Under the pieces are notes generated by a model. The model saw nothing but the letters and a program-made list of their open reading frames with translations. It did no database searches and had not been told where the DNA came from. From positions 1 through 5,919 of the forward strand of contig CAYRPF010000118.1 in NCBI GenBank assembly GCA_964426185.1: DNA of 5,919 nt, read 5' to 3'. Positions 4,778-5,919 of this stretch are shown here, one piece after another. Position numbers and translations under genes: made by a program. Source of the stretch: an uncultured archaeon. Lineage in GTDB: Archaea > Asgardarchaeota > Lokiarchaeia > Sigyniarchaeales > Promethearchaeaceae. Each line of letters opens with the position of its first letter. Within the stretch, counting starts at the first letter, position 1.

Positions 4778-5833
4778 CTATTTACCTAACATTTCAGCAG
4801 GAAGAGAAGAAGTTATCGCACTCTTACATTTCTCTATCCAATTGCTTATATAACTCCTCACTGGTTCTTCAATTCTTTTTGATTCAATCTTTGAAATTTC
4901 TCTCTTCGTTGGTCTTGAAGCTGAATTAATGATATTTTGGGATTTTTCTCCAGGTAGGTGAACCATGAGCAGGTTGCCGTAAAGATTAGTTTTCCATTCG
5001 ATTTTCTGGGTTTCATCGGCATTTTTCAGTTTCATCTTCACATTATACCCCTTCCTTAGCTTTTTCAGCACAAATTTACTTTGATCAGCCGATTTTAACT
5101 GAATTTGCCATTTCTTCGTATATAATCGACATTTAAACAAGTTTTCATCAAAAATTTCTGCGAATTTTACCATTTTGCTGAAAATCAAATTGTAATTATG
5201 TTCAAACATCAAATTTTCCAGCTGCTCTAAACTTTCTACTGGATCTATCATATATACTGAATAATAATCTAAATATGATTTGAGTAGTTGATTAAGAGCC
5301 CGCTGGAATCCTGCCGACTTTGATTCATTTTCTTCTTCCGCAGAAAGAACTTCTTTTGTGCTTCTGTCTACTATTTCTGCTGATTTTCCTTCATACCCGC
5401 TGATTTTAAGTTCAAATCGATTTGTAATCAAACGTGAATACCTTTTGGTCGGATGTGCCATGATTTCAGCAAAATCTTCCAAATTTCTCTTTATTATTGG
5501 TTCGCGGCTGTGCTGAATAAAACCTGCCCAATTTCTCATTTTCATATCGAAATATAGCAGTTGTAAAGATTGTTGTTTCTTTTTACGCTCTTCCAAAGGC
5601 AATCTCCATGCTTCGAGTAAGGAATCCCCTCGAATTTGCACACAATTATCGTGGGAAGCTAATCTCAAACCGGTTATTAAACTAAGGAAAAAGCCAAAAA
5701 TGATAAATCCCCATAAAATATAAGGAGAAAGGGGGGTTCGATTCATTTGCCAGTAAACTAATCCAAATATCGACCCAAAGATAACCAATTCAATCATTAG
5801 GAAAAAGGTTTTTTTGCGCTTATTCTGGGGCAT
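4778..5833 (-). CDS. Hypothetical membrane-anchored protein (351 aa; two N-terminal TM helices plus a large soluble domain)
   Basis: Long ORF with a basic N-terminus KRKK, then FFLMIELVIFGSIFGLVYW and YILWGFIIFGFFLSLITGL. The rest is hydrophilic with no motif recognised. Confidence 0.85.
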   Translation of the reverse strand: MPQNKRKKTFFLMIELVIFGSIFGLVYWQMNRTPLSPYILWGFIIFGFFLSLITGLRLASHDNCVQIRGDSLLEAWRLPLEERKKKQQSLQLLYFDMKMRNWAGFIQHSREPIIKRNLEDFAEIMAHPTKRYSRLITNRFELKISGYEGKSAEIVDRSTKEVLSAEEENESKSAGFQRALNQLLKSYLDYYSVYMIDPVESLEQLENLMFEHNYNLIFSKMVKFAEIFDENLFKCRLYTKKWQIQLKSADQSKFVLKKLRKGYNVKMKLKNADETQKIEWKTNLYGNLLMVHLPGEKSQNIINSASRPTKREISKIESKRIEEPVRSYISNWIEKCKSAITSSLPAEMLGK

Positions 5834-5854
5834 AATTAATATTTATTCTGTGAA

Positions 5855-5862
5855 TTTTTAAA
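5855..5862 (-). promoter_or_regulatory. TATA box for the 351-aa gene (leaderless spacing)
   Basis: TTTAAAAA on - (5862->5855), 21 bp upstream of ATG 5833, with no SD motif. Confidence 0.4.
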
Positions 5863-5919
5863 TGTCTGTTAAGTTTTAAATGCAGTTAATTAACAAAGGT
5901 ACGAAATCAGTTAGATTGG

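Noticed and set aside
5856-5894. TTTTAAATG direct repeat (5856-5864, 5874-5882) and GTTAATTAAC palindrome (5885-5894)
   Set aside because: Low-complexity AT-rich promoter DNA; not distinguishable from chance without comparative data.

Overview
AT-rich, archaeal-style window. The likely source is an Asgard/Lokiarchaeia-like anaerobe, inferred from an Arf-like small GTPase, a zinc-ribbon membrane protein, BRE/TATA-like promoters about 21 bp before start codons and oligo-T terminators. From left to right it contains: a GC-rich structured non-coding segment of unknown identity (~8-100); an AT-rich, palindrome-rich spacer; a minus-strand cluster (zinc-ribbon membrane protein, GNAT acetyltransferase, 73-aa hypothetical); a divergent atypical Arf/Ras-superfamily GTPase with degenerate G2/G3/G4 motifs; a convergent class I hybrid cluster protein (hcp); and a 351-aa membrane-anchored hypothetical. 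The most striking unexplained feature is a 102-bp, 92%-identical, out-of-frame, stop-containing copy of the GTPase's own G3/switch II segment (2289-2390). It sits at 2000-2101, ending 4 bp before that gene's ATG, in the position where its promoter should be.
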